A stretch of 63,659 nucleotides of DNA, the filler included, from Lama guanicoe (lineage: Eukaryota), in the NCBI GenBank assembly GCA_013239625.1. It is 174 parts of 174 records of this genome, joined end to end, with 100 filler letters (N's around TTAATTAATTAA, not from the genome) between each part and the next. Parts side by side here need not be neighbours in the genome. Positions count along the whole stretch, not along the records: positions 45,044 to 45,310 come from PNXV01050975.1; positions 45,411 to 45,677 come from PNXV01050976.1; positions 45,778 to 46,044 come from PNXV01050977.1; positions 46,145 to 46,411 come from PNXV01050978.1; positions 46,512 to 46,778 come from PNXV01050979.1; positions 46,879 to 47,145 come from PNXV01050980.1; positions 47,246 to 47,511 come from PNXV01050981.1; positions 47,612 to 47,878 come from PNXV01050982.1; 166 more parts are not named here. One strand, given 5' to 3'. The translations under genes and the position numbers were made by a program. Positions within the stretch are counted from its first letter, which is position 1, and the number at the start of each line of letters is the position of its first letter. Positions 44,944 to 57,040 of this stretch are shown one piece after another. Below the pieces are notes generated by a model, which did no database searches, was not told the origin of the DNA, and saw only the letters and a program-made list of their open reading frames with translations.

Positions 44944-47245
44944 NNNNNNNNNNNNNNNNNNNNNNNNNNNNNNNNNNNNNNNNNNNNTTAATTAATTAAN
45001 NNNNNNNNNNNNNNNNNNNNNNNNNNNNNNNNNNNNNNNNNNNCATGACCCTCCATTTACGCTCCTCTGGCCATGGGATTCTCTGCTGTCGCGTCACGGT
45101 GACCCTCCCTGGACGTGTGCGCCCTTAGGGGGAGCGCATGCTTCTGCTCCTACTGAGCCTCCTCCTCCCCCTCCTCCCCGTGGTCCTCCTCTTACACAGG
45201 CCGGCAGCAGCATTTTTGTTACTCTCTTTGCATCTCCATCCAACCTGGCCCTCTGGGTGCACCATTCCATCCAGGGTTACTCAATTCTGTATACACAGAG
45301 TGTCTTTTCTNNNNNNNNNNNNNNNNNNNNNNNNNNNNNNNNNNNNNNNNNNNNTTAATTAATTAANNNNNNNNNNNNNNNNNNNNNNNNNNNNNNNNNN
45401 NNNNNNNNNNGAATGCATGGCATATTAAGCAATATGACAAGTATGAAGGTCATATTCATTTAAAGAAGATGTTGTACGCAAAAATAGGACTAAGAGAAAA
45501 CGAACAGCCTCTAACCTGTGAACTGGGATGGATTTCATGTCGATGAAATAGAGATTTGCTTATTCTTGACTTCCAATTCAATGGATTCATAGAATATGTG
45601 ATCATCAATATTTGTCTTCTTTCACTTAGAATGGCTTTCAAGTCCGGATATTCATTAACAAAAGGTTACACAAACTGNNNNNNNNNNNNNNNNNNNNNNN
45701 NNNNNNNNNNNNNNNNNNNNNTTAATTAATTAANNNNNNNNNNNNNNNNNNNNNNNNNNNNNNNNNNNNNNNNNNNNCTGCTTCTCCTGGGCCAAAGTCC
45801 CAGGGCCATCAGAGAAGCGAAGACTCCGGCAGGCAAACAGGAAGGGTCTCCCTCATCCCCCATCGCTGTTCCACCAAGCTGGCGTGAGGCCCCTGGTCAC
45901 CAGGGCATCCCGGTGAAGTAAGGGGGCCCGAGGATGAAAAGGGGGCCAGCAACGAGAGACTGGCCCTGGGGACGGGCGCACACCTCCAAGGCACACATCC
46001 CTCCACAGGATAAATCTCTGGGTGCGCCCTACGCCAGAAAACCANNNNNNNNNNNNNNNNNNNNNNNNNNNNNNNNNNNNNNNNNNNNTTAATTAATTAA
46101 NNNNNNNNNNNNNNNNNNNNNNNNNNNNNNNNNNNNNNNNNNNNCAGCTTGAGTTCTGGACAGGAGCAGTATGTGTGAAAAGTCGTGACAGTCTGAGATA
46201 GCCTTTCTGTGATTTATACAGAATGTTAGCGATGATGATATGATGTGGTGTCAACATTTGACTCTGCACTTGTCAAGTCAGCAATTTTGAAGGAGGGAAG
46301 ATGGCATATGGTGAACCTTCTGATTCTGAAAAACATACATGGACAAAGGATTTTTTATTTTCACTCAGGCTGTTTACAAAGCAAAAAAACAAAAAGTAGA
46401 ATTTGGACAATNNNNNNNNNNNNNNNNNNNNNNNNNNNNNNNNNNNNNNNNNNNNTTAATTAATTAANNNNNNNNNNNNNNNNNNNNNNNNNNNNNNNNN
46501 NNNNNNNNNNNTATATTGAATTGAATATAGACATGTTCCATTCAACATATACACATTCATATGCAACAAAATATATAGTATACATAAATATATATATTTA
46601 CACACTCAATTTCATATTCTATAAAAGTAACCTGAAAGAATTTGAATGGCAGAGTATACAGTTGTACAAAAAGCCACCTTTCAGAACACATTAAGCGATG
46701 TCTTTCCTATTTCTCTGTAAGTCCTATGGTAGCCAAACGAGCCAGTAAGCACCCTAAAGATCTGTAATGAAGGGTGCCNNNNNNNNNNNNNNNNNNNNNN
46801 NNNNNNNNNNNNNNNNNNNNNNTTAATTAATTAANNNNNNNNNNNNNNNNNNNNNNNNNNNNNNNNNNNNNNNNNNNNCATGTCCACACAGTCACAGAAA
46901 ATATGAACAGCCACATAAAACAACAAAACTTGACCCAAAATGTGACTGGAAATCCTTTAGATGTATAATATTTAAATTCCTAACCGTGTCCATAACCTTG
47001 GCTGCACATTAGATTCACCTCGGGAACTTGGAGGAAATACCCACAGACCAGGAAAAAAGCACCGAAGCTCCCGTGAATGGTGTGGCCAGCACTGAGAGTG
47101 CTGCGTGTGACACAGACACTCCATTTATGCCACAATATGTTTTTTNNNNNNNNNNNNNNNNNNNNNNNNNNNNNNNNNNNNNNNNNNNNTTAATTAATTA
47201 ANNNNNNNNNNNNNNNNNNNNNNNNNNNNNNNNNNNNNNNNNNNN

Positions 47246-47511
47246 CTGAATTTAAAACATGGAATGTAGAACACAGAATTTAGAATATAGGATAGAGGAT
47301 ACTGAATATAGTATTTAAAACATAGAATGTACAACACAGTATAAAGAATACAGAATAAGGAATGCAGAATATAGAATGAAGTATATAGAATGAAGTACAC
47401 AAAATATGGAATATAGAATAGAGAATATTGAAAGCAGAATTTAGAATATGGAATGAAGAACACAGAATATAGAATTCAGAATACTGAATATACAATTTAG
47501 ATTATAGAATG
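47246..47511 (+). repeat. Degenerate heptamer satellite (family B), second copy
   Basis: Same units as 14273-14537 (aacacagaatttagaatatag, gaatactgaat). Confidence 0.9.
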
Positions 47512-47978
47512 NNNNNNNNNNNNNNNNNNNNNNNNNNNNNNNNNNNNNNNNNNNNTTAATTAATTAANNNNNNNNNNNNNNNNNNNNNNNNNNNNNNNNN
47601 NNNNNNNNNNNCTCCTCTTCTTCATCATAGCTACTCACTGTTGAACACCAGGCACCAGGCCCAGTTTTAAGAGATGTATATCTTGTCGTATATGATATCA
47701 TGAAATTCTGTATTAGTCCAACAATTCTGATATAACTATATTTTCAAATAATAATCAATCTCTATCAAGTTGAATATTTGGGATTGTGGAAACACTAATT
47801 ATTAAAATAATTTTATAGAAAAGTAAGACTGAGGCTGATATGAGAAAAATCAGTTTAAAACTACTAAGAAAAGAAAAANNNNNNNNNNNNNNNNNNNNNN
47901 NNNNNNNNNNNNNNNNNNNNNNTTAATTAATTAANNNNNNNNNNNNNNNNNNNNNNNNNNNNNNNNNNNNNNNNNNNN

Positions 47979-48245
47979 TATTTCTGAAAGAACCCTTTAT
48001 ATTGCCTTTATTTTTCTTTTTGAATTTCTTTCTGCTGGATATAGAATCCTAGGTGCCCAGATGTTCCCCGTAGAACTTTAAAGATGCTGCTATATTGTTT
48101 CTCACATGATAGTCAGCGAGCAGTCTCCTGTCAGCTTTGTTCCTCTGTATGAAATATGTCTTTTTTCTGTGTGCTTTTAAGATTCTGTCTTGGTCACTGG
48201 TTTTAAGCAATTTGATTTTGATGTGCCTTGCTGTGGTTTTCTTCA
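47979..48245 (-). mobile_element. Old LINE-1 ORF1 region, antisense
   Basis: ctgctggatatagaatcctaggt...actttaaagatgctgct...agcaatttgattttgatgtgccttg. Confidence 0.8.
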
Positions 48246-49813
48246 NNNNNNNNNNNNNNNNNNNNNNNNNNNNNNNNNNNNNNNNNNNNTTAATTAATTA
48301 ANNNNNNNNNNNNNNNNNNNNNNNNNNNNNNNNNNNNNNNNNNNNGAAGACTGTTGGGCAATCACTTATGTGCTGGGCTCTTTCAATGAAATCCGCACAA
48401 AGGCAGGTATTATGCTCATTTTGCAGACTTTAGAGAGGTTGGGTGACTTCTTCAAAGTCAGAGTGATATTTCGACCAGGTGTGTCTGCCCCCCAATCTCT
48501 TCCGATGTGCCATGGGGCCGTTCAAAGGAAGGGAAAGTTGTCTCAGAGTCAGATGAACCCGTCCACCCACACTGTCTTCCTCTCATCCCATCTGTTTACC
48601 AAAAGCGGCAGCNNNNNNNNNNNNNNNNNNNNNNNNNNNNNNNNNNNNNNNNNNNNTTAATTAATTAANNNNNNNNNNNNNNNNNNNNNNNNNNNNNNNN
48701 NNNNNNNNNNNNCACAGGTGGACAAATGTATTGAGAACAATAAAATATTAGATACAGGAAGAAATGAAGGGGTTGTCTACGTAGCTCCCTTATTTTACAT
48801 ATAATCCAACAAACTCACAGAGAGCCTAAGTTAAATATATATTTATTTTATTTAAATAGATTAATATAATAAATGAAGCCATTAATATAGTACATGGTAT
48901 AAAAGAAGTGTTCAGTATTGCCTAGAGTTTGTAGTTTAATCATGATTACAGATTACATTCACAGTCCCTTGTACATAAANNNNNNNNNNNNNNNNNNNNN
49001 NNNNNNNNNNNNNNNNNNNNNNNTTAATTAATTAANNNNNNNNNNNNNNNNNNNNNNNNNNNNNNNNNNNNNNNNNNNNTTACAAAGTTTTACACCAGTT
49101 TCCTGTACTAGAGAGCTCCATGTGAACTCAAATTATCTTGACCTCTGTTCATCTACTATTTCTCAAGTGGAGTTCTCAGGAAGTATGATGCTGACCCTTT
49201 GCAAGAAATATGCCCTGCAGGTCAGATTGCTCAACAATAGTACAAAGGCACTGAGAGCTCTACCATTCTCCAAACAATGACTTTCCTAACTTTCGTGTGT
49301 GCAGTTGCTGAGTCTGTTTCCAATTATCCTGGGAAGCTGCAACTTTNNNNNNNNNNNNNNNNNNNNNNNNNNNNNNNNNNNNNNNNNNNNTTAATTAATT
49401 AANNNNNNNNNNNNNNNNNNNNNNNNNNNNNNNNNNNNNNNNNNNNCACCTCCAGTTCCCGCTGCCTCTCTCCCTGCCTCCTGCCCGAGCCCCTCCTCAC
49501 AGACTTGCTTTCTTTTACTTCAAACCCACTCCGGTCTCTCTCCTAAAATTGAGCCACACACGTGCACACAACTTTGCCTTTCCCTCGCTCGCCGAGTAGG
49601 AAGCCCATTCCCCTCTTCTCCCGGGAGCCAGGCACGGAGAGTGCTGTCTCCACGCAGGGGCAGCCCTGCTCCCCCACCTGCAGCCTTGCTGTGCTGGCTC
49701 ATCAGAAGCTCTGNNNNNNNNNNNNNNNNNNNNNNNNNNNNNNNNNNNNNNNNNNNNTTAATTAATTAANNNNNNNNNNNNNNNNNNNNNNNNNNNNNNN
49801 NNNNNNNNNNNNN

Positions 49814-50080
49814 TAGCATTTTTCACAGAACTAGAACAAGACCCCAAATAGCCAAGCAATCTCAAGGAACTAAAATAGAGCTGGAGGTATCATACTCTCT
49901 AACTTCAGACTATACTCCAAAACTATAGTTATCAAAACAGTATGATGCTATTAGCAAAAAAACAGACACACAGATCAGTGGAACAGAATAGACCCCCAGA
50001 AATAAACCCATGCACCTATAGTCAATTAATGTATGACAAAGGAGGCGATAACATGCAATGAGGAAAAGACAGTCTCTTCA
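49814..50080 (+). mobile_element. LINE-1 ORF2 fragment after RT
   Basis: AGGIILSNFRLYSKTIVIKTV...DQWNRIDPPEINPCTYSQLMYDKGG. Confidence 0.95.
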
Positions 50081-50180
50081 NNNNNNNNNNNNNNNNNNNN
50101 NNNNNNNNNNNNNNNNNNNNNNNNTTAATTAATTAANNNNNNNNNNNNNNNNNNNNNNNNNNNNNNNNNNNNNNNNNNNN

Positions 50181-50255
50181 TTGCAGCTGGGTCGGGCCAC
50201 ATGACTAGTTCTGGCCAATGGGATGTGGACAGAGTAACGTATGCCTTCTGTGAAA
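50181..50255 (+). mobile_element. Old ERVL/MaLR LTR fragment
   Basis: ttgcagctgggtcgggccacatgactagttctggccaatgggatgtgga. Confidence 0.65.
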
Positions 50256-50914
50256 GTGGCCTCCAGCTAGCAGGTCATTTTGCTCCCACCACTGTGGCTC
50301 CCATGGTAAGCTAGCTGCCAGCACCATCAACTCCTTTCCACGTCCCTCCATGAGATACAAAACTCGGGTATCACTTCCTTGCCGCAGGGAAGACAAGGAG
50401 GGCCTGGGAGCGAAACTCAAGCTCTCTGCCTGTCCACTCAAGTCTCTNNNNNNNNNNNNNNNNNNNNNNNNNNNNNNNNNNNNNNNNNNNNTTAATTAAT
50501 TAANNNNNNNNNNNNNNNNNNNNNNNNNNNNNNNNNNNNNNNNNNNNACCAATCATGCATGTCCCTGTGCTCCAGTCCCCCGGTCCTCAGTCCCACGATC
50601 CGGGTTCTGTAACTTGCTCTCCCTGTGTGACACACACCACGCTCATTCTCAGCGTCCATTATAACAATGACTAAAACACTCCTGACATGAAAGCAAAGTT
50701 GGTTTTCCTATCAAAATTATTTATCATAATGTCCCTGTTTTATTTTTTTACTGACTCATAGAACGATCAAGAGCGAAATCTCCATTAAGTCCTTACGTTA
50801 TCTCCTACAGGTGANNNNNNNNNNNNNNNNNNNNNNNNNNNNNNNNNNNNNNNNNNNNTTAATTAATTAANNNNNNNNNNNNNNNNNNNNNNNNNNNNNN
50901 NNNNNNNNNNNNNN

Positions 50915-51181
50915 TCGTGTCATCTGCAGTGACAGCTTGACTTCTTCCCTTCCAATTTGAATTCCTTTTATTTATTTTTATTTCTTGTCTGATTGCTGTG
51001 GCTAGGACTTCCAGTACTGTGCTGAGTAGAAGTGGAGAGAGTTGACACCCTTGTTACTGATCTTAGAGGAAATGCGTTCAGCTTTGCACCGTTGAGTATG
51101 ATGGTAGCTGAGGGTTTGTCATGTATGGCCTGTATTATATTGGGTTATGTTCCCTCTAGTCCCACTTTCTGGGGAATTTTT
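50915..51181 (-). mobile_element. LINE-1 ORF2 RT region, antisense
   Basis: tgattgctgtggctaggacttccagtact...gatcttagaggaaatgcgttcagc; includes the antisense of the FADD-equivalent region (tcgtgtcatctgca). Confidence 0.93.
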
Positions 51182-51281
51182 NNNNNNNNNNNNNNNNNNN
51201 NNNNNNNNNNNNNNNNNNNNNNNNNTTAATTAATTAANNNNNNNNNNNNNNNNNNNNNNNNNNNNNNNNNNNNNNNNNNNN

Positions 51282-51548
51282 ATTTTACTAGCTTTTTCAA
51301 AAAAGCAGCCTTTGGATTGGTTGGTTTTTTTCCTAGGGTCTTTTTAAACACTATTTTTTTAATTTCCTCCCCAATATTTATGATTTCCTTCCTTCTGCAG
51401 CCTTTTCTGGTTTTTTGTTCTTTTTCTAGTTCATTCTCCTGATGGGTAAATTGTTAATTTGTGGTTGTTCTTCTTTTTTGAGGAAGGACTGTATTGCTTT
51501 AAACTCTCCTCTCAACACTGCTTTTGCTGTATCCCATAAATTTTGTGT
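51282..51548 (-). mobile_element. LINE-1 ORF2 fragment, antisense
   Basis: tttttcaaaaaagcagcc...actctcctctcaacactgcttttgctgtatcccataaattttg (antisense of QNLWDTAKAVLRG). Confidence 0.9.
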
Positions 51549-52071
51549 NNNNNNNNNNNNNNNNNNNNNNNNNNNNNNNNNNNNNNNNNNNNTTAATTAA
51601 TTAANNNNNNNNNNNNNNNNNNNNNNNNNNNNNNNNNNNNNNNNNNNNCAAACCTTGAACGATGCACAGATGTTGAGATGCAGAATGAAACTGCCGAGCT
51701 GAGCGGAACAGAGCAGGCGGATGGAAAGTGTGCCATTTAAAGCAACTCCTTATCTATCATTGCTTCTAATCGGATCACACATCGCCGCCAAGCTATCAAA
51801 TAGCAAAGCAATGGGACAGCGTCCCGGACTATTCCATGACCCGAATTTATTCCCTGCAGGATAACAACATTCCAAGAAGAAATAAAACTGTAAAGAGGTT
51901 GAAAATTGAAAATAANNNNNNNNNNNNNNNNNNNNNNNNNNNNNNNNNNNNNNNNNNNNTTAATTAATTAANNNNNNNNNNNNNNNNNNNNNNNNNNNNN
52001 NNNNNNNNNNNNNNNTGTACATCTGTCCATCAAGATATATGCTGTGCCACGCCTTTGCAATTTCGCCTTCA

Positions 52072-52197
52072 GTGACATCACACTGGTCCTTTGAAATCGA
52101 CCCGCGGGAGGGTATTGACAGCATGCAAATGGGCAGATGTTACAAATCAGGGGCCCCCACCTGAGAGCTGGCTGTTAGCCATTTACCAGCACACCGC
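52072..52197. mobile_element. MER63-like hAT-Blackjack DNA transposon
   Basis: tacaaatcaggg...gagagctggctgttagccatttaccagcacacc resembles the MER63 terminal region. Confidence 0.7.
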
Positions 52198-52749
52198 CAC
52201 CCACAGGGCACGCACACGTGCACTTGTGACACCACAGTCACACACGTGAATGCAGGAGCCCACGGAGAAACATGCAGGACACNNNNNNNNNNNNNNNNNN
52301 NNNNNNNNNNNNNNNNNNNNNNNNNNTTAATTAATTAANNNNNNNNNNNNNNNNNNNNNNNNNNNNNNNNNNNNNNNNNNNNCAAGATGTGGCCAAAACC
52401 CCTCCTCTCATCAGCCCCTTCCTTGTACACAAGAAAGCAGAGGAAAAGGATTCATGACCTAGAAGGCCACCTTCTCTTACCAAGTAACGAGGGCGCTCGC
52501 CAGAGCTGGGCGTCAATGCGAATGCATCACAAAGGCGGATCCCAGATGCGATGCGAAGGGCAGTATCACCACAAACTGCCGGTGTTCTTTACCCAGAAAG
52601 GGCGGTGCATAAATCGCAGGCTCAGTTAGGAAGGCACAGGCAACAGTCANNNNNNNNNNNNNNNNNNNNNNNNNNNNNNNNNNNNNNNNNNNNTTAATTA
52701 ATTAANNNNNNNNNNNNNNNNNNNNNNNNNNNNNNNNNNNNNNNNNNNN

Positions 52750-53016
52750 TGCCTTCCTGGCAGGAACGCAGCACCTGACCACGGTGCTGGGAGGGGGCCC
52801 CATCTGCCCACCTGCCTCTGCCTCGCCTGAGCGCAGCATCTGACTGCGGCATCAGGAGGCGGAGTGACCCGCCCGCCCACCAGATAAGAGCTCAGCACCT
52901 GACCCAGTGTTAGGAGGGGGTGCGATCTGCTAGCCGACAGCCCCTGGGAGCAGCACAGATGAGGGCGCCAACAGAGGGCCTCTGTAAACAGCAAGCTGAG
53001 TTCACGAAACAGGGCA
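52750..53016 (+). mobile_element. GC-rich interspersed repeat, probably camelid LINE-1 5' UTR (copy 2)
   Basis: Reverse complement matches 30742-30935 closely (ggctgtcggctagcagatcgcacccc...gtgctgagctcttatctggtgggc). Confidence 0.6.
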
Positions 53017-53264
53017 NNNNNNNNNNNNNNNNNNNNNNNNNNNNNNNNNNNNNNNNNNNNTTAATTAATTAANNNNNNNNNNNNNNNNNNNNNNNNNNNN
53101 NNNNNNNNNNNNNNNNGGTGGGAAGCCCCATGAAAAAGACCAGCAGGACCCCCAGGCAGGGCCATGACTCTCCTGCCAGAACCATCCAGTTCCCTGGCCC
53201 AGCAGCAGTATCTTGCTTTTTGCCTCTGAAAAGGCTTACTTCTAAGAAAGTGGAACTTACCTCT

Positions 53265-53383
53265 AAGAGTCTATTGGTTCCCTGAGTTAAGTCCTGATTG
53301 GTCCATTTGTAGCACTTCATTTACATGGAGCTCACTCCTGATTGGTCCATTTCTATAAAGCTTGTTCCTAATTAGTCAACTTT
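53265..53383 (-). mobile_element. Probable ERV LTR U3 with tandem CCAAT boxes
   Basis: TCCTGATTGGTCCATTT at 53292-53308 and 53336-53352, plus ATTGG at 53273. Confidence 0.55.
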
Positions 53384-53850
53384 NNNNNNNNNNNNNNNNN
53401 NNNNNNNNNNNNNNNNNNNNNNNNNNNTTAATTAATTAANNNNNNNNNNNNNNNNNNNNNNNNNNNNNNNNNNNNNNNNNNNNTTGCAGACTCCTCGACC
53501 CCAGAACTGCAAGAGAACACATTCCTGTCACTCTGAGCCCCCGTTTGTGTTCCAGCAGTCCAGCCGCCCCAGACACAGGCACAGAGCACGCTGCTCTGAC
53601 CCCAGCCCCGCAGGAGGCCCCCGTTACTTTGGCAGGAGACCCCCGCGGGCAGGGTGAGGGGTGGGCTTGAAGAAGGGGCCCCACACCGTCCACACCCGGC
53701 CTCCCCAGCCGCCCAGGCCTCCCCCTCCCTCCAGCCAGTTCACGCACCTGNNNNNNNNNNNNNNNNNNNNNNNNNNNNNNNNNNNNNNNNNNNNTTAATT
53801 AATTAANNNNNNNNNNNNNNNNNNNNNNNNNNNNNNNNNNNNNNNNNNNN

Positions 53851-53890
53851 TAAATAAACCTAATTACTTCCCCCTCAAAAAATTAAAAAA
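53851..53890 (+). mobile_element. Vic-1-like SINE 3' tail
   Basis: taaataaacctaattacttccccctcaaaaaa matches the reverse complement of the SINE tail near 5680-5700. Confidence 0.75.
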
Positions 53891-54224
53891 ATATATATAT
53901 AAATAATATTAATAACAAAAACCCGACATTGAAGATGTGTATTGCGCAATTCACTGCTGTAGCAGACACTGCCATTTCTGTATCTACATCCGCGCTTCAT
54001 CCAGACTCCTGGTTGGGAAGACTCTGGCCAACGTTCTGCTTTTCTCTGCTGAGGTCCGGGTTTTGGGCGAGCAGTTTGTAGCTTTTCCTCAGCATTTGGG
54101 TCTTCTCCAGAACCTCCNNNNNNNNNNNNNNNNNNNNNNNNNNNNNNNNNNNNNNNNNNNNTTAATTAATTAANNNNNNNNNNNNNNNNNNNNNNNNNNN
54201 NNNNNNNNNNNNNNNNNAATCAGT

Positions 54225-54321
54225 TTTATTTTCTTATTTATTTTTAATGGAGGTACTGGGGATTAAACCCAGGACCTTGTGCTGCTAAGCACATACTCTA
54301 CCCCTGAGCTAGATCCTCCCC
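54225..54321 (-). mobile_element. Vic-1-like SINE
   Basis: ggaggtactggggattaaacccaggaccttgtgctgctaagcacatactctacccctgagctagatcctcccc. Confidence 0.85.
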
Positions 54322-56469
54322 CTGACCCCATAATGGATTTTTAATGCTAATGACAATTTATTAAATATTGAGAAAGAGGACTAGACACTTTAATCCTCTG
54401 TGGCATTTACAGCAGTGTCTGGCTCAATATTCACAGAATGGATGAAAAGTAGATTATCTCAACAGAAAATGGGAATAAAGTTGGNNNNNNNNNNNNNNNN
54501 NNNNNNNNNNNNNNNNNNNNNNNNNNNNTTAATTAATTAANNNNNNNNNNNNNNNNNNNNNNNNNNNNNNNNNNNNNNNNNNNNTTTTATTTATATTTTC
54601 CACATTTGCTGTAGAGTAGGTGATTTATTTCCTTTCATAATCAGAGAAACTTTCAAGGCATAATTTAATGTATGGCGTGCAAACGTTTTAAAGTACTTAT
54701 TAAATATTTTATTTTGTGTTCCTGGTGTTTTATCACGCTATGCCCATGGAGCAAAGTTGATGAATATAAACATGCAAGAAGGTTTTAAATGCCTTTGTAG
54801 GAAAAGAGGAAATCCATTTTGATCTGTGACAAATTGCTTGGCCACATACTCNNNNNNNNNNNNNNNNNNNNNNNNNNNNNNNNNNNNNNNNNNNNTTAAT
54901 TAATTAANNNNNNNNNNNNNNNNNNNNNNNNNNNNNNNNNNNNNNNNNNNNGTTATAAAGGAATTGAACATGTGATGAGATGGGAGAGGGAGGGGACCTG
55001 CGAGGCAGGTAGGACCCAGAGCATCTGCATGAGCAGGTGGTGAGTGTACTGGAGCTCGGACGAGAGAGAGGCTGGGACTGAGCCAGTGCACAAAGATCTG
55101 GGGGGAAGGGCGGTCTCTGCTGCTCTTGCTTTTGGGCTGATTTTCCACTGGCTTGTGGACACCATTCTTACACCTCTAAGGAAGACAAATAATTATGTAA
55201 TTACCACTGTAGGTCAGCNNNNNNNNNNNNNNNNNNNNNNNNNNNNNNNNNNNNNNNNNNNNTTAATTAATTAANNNNNNNNNNNNNNNNNNNNNNNNNN
55301 NNNNNNNNNNNNNNNNNNCAATCCACGCACTTCTCCCAGCTCCATCACTAACACCCTCGCTCAGCCAACAGCATCCCTCACCTGGACCATGGCCGTGGCC
55401 TCCTGCGGGTTCTCGGGCGTCTTCATAGACGTCTGCATCAGTAAGCACAGGCCACATCATGCTGCAGAAATAGACATCACCCATCTCTCATCACTCAACC
55501 CACGGAATTGCTTCTCGCTCACCCTCACATTTAACATCGGTCAGGTAGTGGAGGGGCCGTTCATTGCTGTCTCTTGCCAACCCAGNNNNNNNNNNNNNNN
55601 NNNNNNNNNNNNNNNNNNNNNNNNNNNNNTTAATTAATTAANNNNNNNNNNNNNNNNNNNNNNNNNNNNNNNNNNNNNNNNNNNNCCAGGTTTCTACCCC
55701 AAAACATTGTGTGTAAACCTTTAACCATTCCCAACTCCTCTTACTTGTTTTGGCCATGCCCCTCATGCACAACCCAACCTCTGGCCCATTTTCAACATGT
55801 TAGGTGAATCAAAGTGGTATGGTGTTTGATGCAGCCCAAAGAATGAAGGGTTTGGGTGCTCCCTCAGCTTGGTTGGCACTCGTCTGTCCGAGGGCTGTGG
55901 ATGGATTTATATTGCTGAAACGCCCACAACAGATGGTGTCTCCCTGATTCCTNNNNNNNNNNNNNNNNNNNNNNNNNNNNNNNNNNNNNNNNNNNNTTAA
56001 TTAATTAANNNNNNNNNNNNNNNNNNNNNNNNNNNNNNNNNNNNNNNNNNNNATGATAATGCAGACAGCTGTTATTGATTCATCTGTAAGAAATCACGTA
56101 ATGGGAGAACACTGGCTGAGCGGTGGGCGACAAAAGAAAGATTTCTTCCCTTCCTTCCTCCTGTCCTCCAAGCCAGTTGAGCGCTATCTTCAGAGCACTG
56201 AGCATGGTATGATTAAAAATACTGCATCAAGCAGGATTTTACAGCACACGGCTGTGTGAGCTGTACCTCGTGCCTGGAACCCAACTGCTAGTGCAAATTG
56301 TTTTTCAATCTTTTATTGGNNNNNNNNNNNNNNNNNNNNNNNNNNNNNNNNNNNNNNNNNNNNTTAATTAATTAANNNNNNNNNNNNNNNNNNNNNNNNN
56401 NNNNNNNNNNNNNNNNNNNCTGGTCCAAGTTCTCAAGACTTACAATCTGATGGAATCTGTCAAGTTCAT

Positions 56470-56572
56470 TTTCAGACTTTGATCTTGAACTTCTAGCTTC
56501 CAGAATCCTGGGAAAATAAATCTCTATGTTGCCCAGTTTGTGGTACATTGTCATGGCAGTCCTTGCAAAGTT
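56470..56572 (+). mobile_element. MaLR LTR 3' end (MLT1-type)
   Basis: ctttgatcttgaacttctagcttccagaa...aaaataaatctct...ccagtttgtggtacattgtcatggcagtcc. Confidence 0.8.
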
Positions 56573-56786
56573 ATTTTCTCCAGGATGCCTACCTCCATAC
56601 TTCTGTTACATGAAAGAGAAATGCTTGAAGGCACTTATGTTTGGGATTTCTTCTAAATCAACTCTCATACACTGATGCAAGTTGGANNNNNNNNNNNNNN
56701 NNNNNNNNNNNNNNNNNNNNNNNNNNNNNNTTAATTAATTAANNNNNNNNNNNNNNNNNNNNNNNNNNNNNNNNNNNNNNNNNNNN

Positions 56787-57040
56787 GGATGAAACTTACA
56801 TAATACAGGTATTTTCTCCCCGAGGCACATCACATTCTTCTCGCACTTAGGAACACTAGGCAGCACTTCAGCACTACATTTGGGGGTCATTTTCAACAGC
56901 AAAACCACCAATAAAAAGCACAACAAAGCAGATAAATAGGCTGCAAAAACCACACGTTCACAGCAAGAGAGCTGAAACAGGAAGGGAGACCATTGCCTTA
57001 TTTGATCTCCGCTGGGGTCATGTATGTTGAGCCACTGACA
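56787..57040 (-). mobile_element. Tigger-family DNA transposon (MER44/Tigger7-like) with transposase N-terminus
   Basis: Translation MTPKCSAEVLPSVPKCEKNVMCLGEKIPVLCKFH resembles the Tigger N-terminal HTH (SAEVLSSVPKRKKAVMCLTEKIRVLDKL). Confidence 0.85.

Noticed and set aside
45138..45310. Signal-peptide-like ORF MLLLLLSLLLPLLP...
   Set aside because: The leucine run comes from a CTC/CCT low-complexity tract; no splice or homology support.
46228..46335. C/D box snoRNA (ATGATGA ... CTGA)
   Set aside because: No terminal stem and no recognisable antisense guide; the motifs are short and common.
55383..55484. Immunoglobulin/TCR V segment (minus-strand DVYFC motif)
   Set aside because: No upstream V framework and no RSS; only an unassigned donor CAG|GTGAGG.
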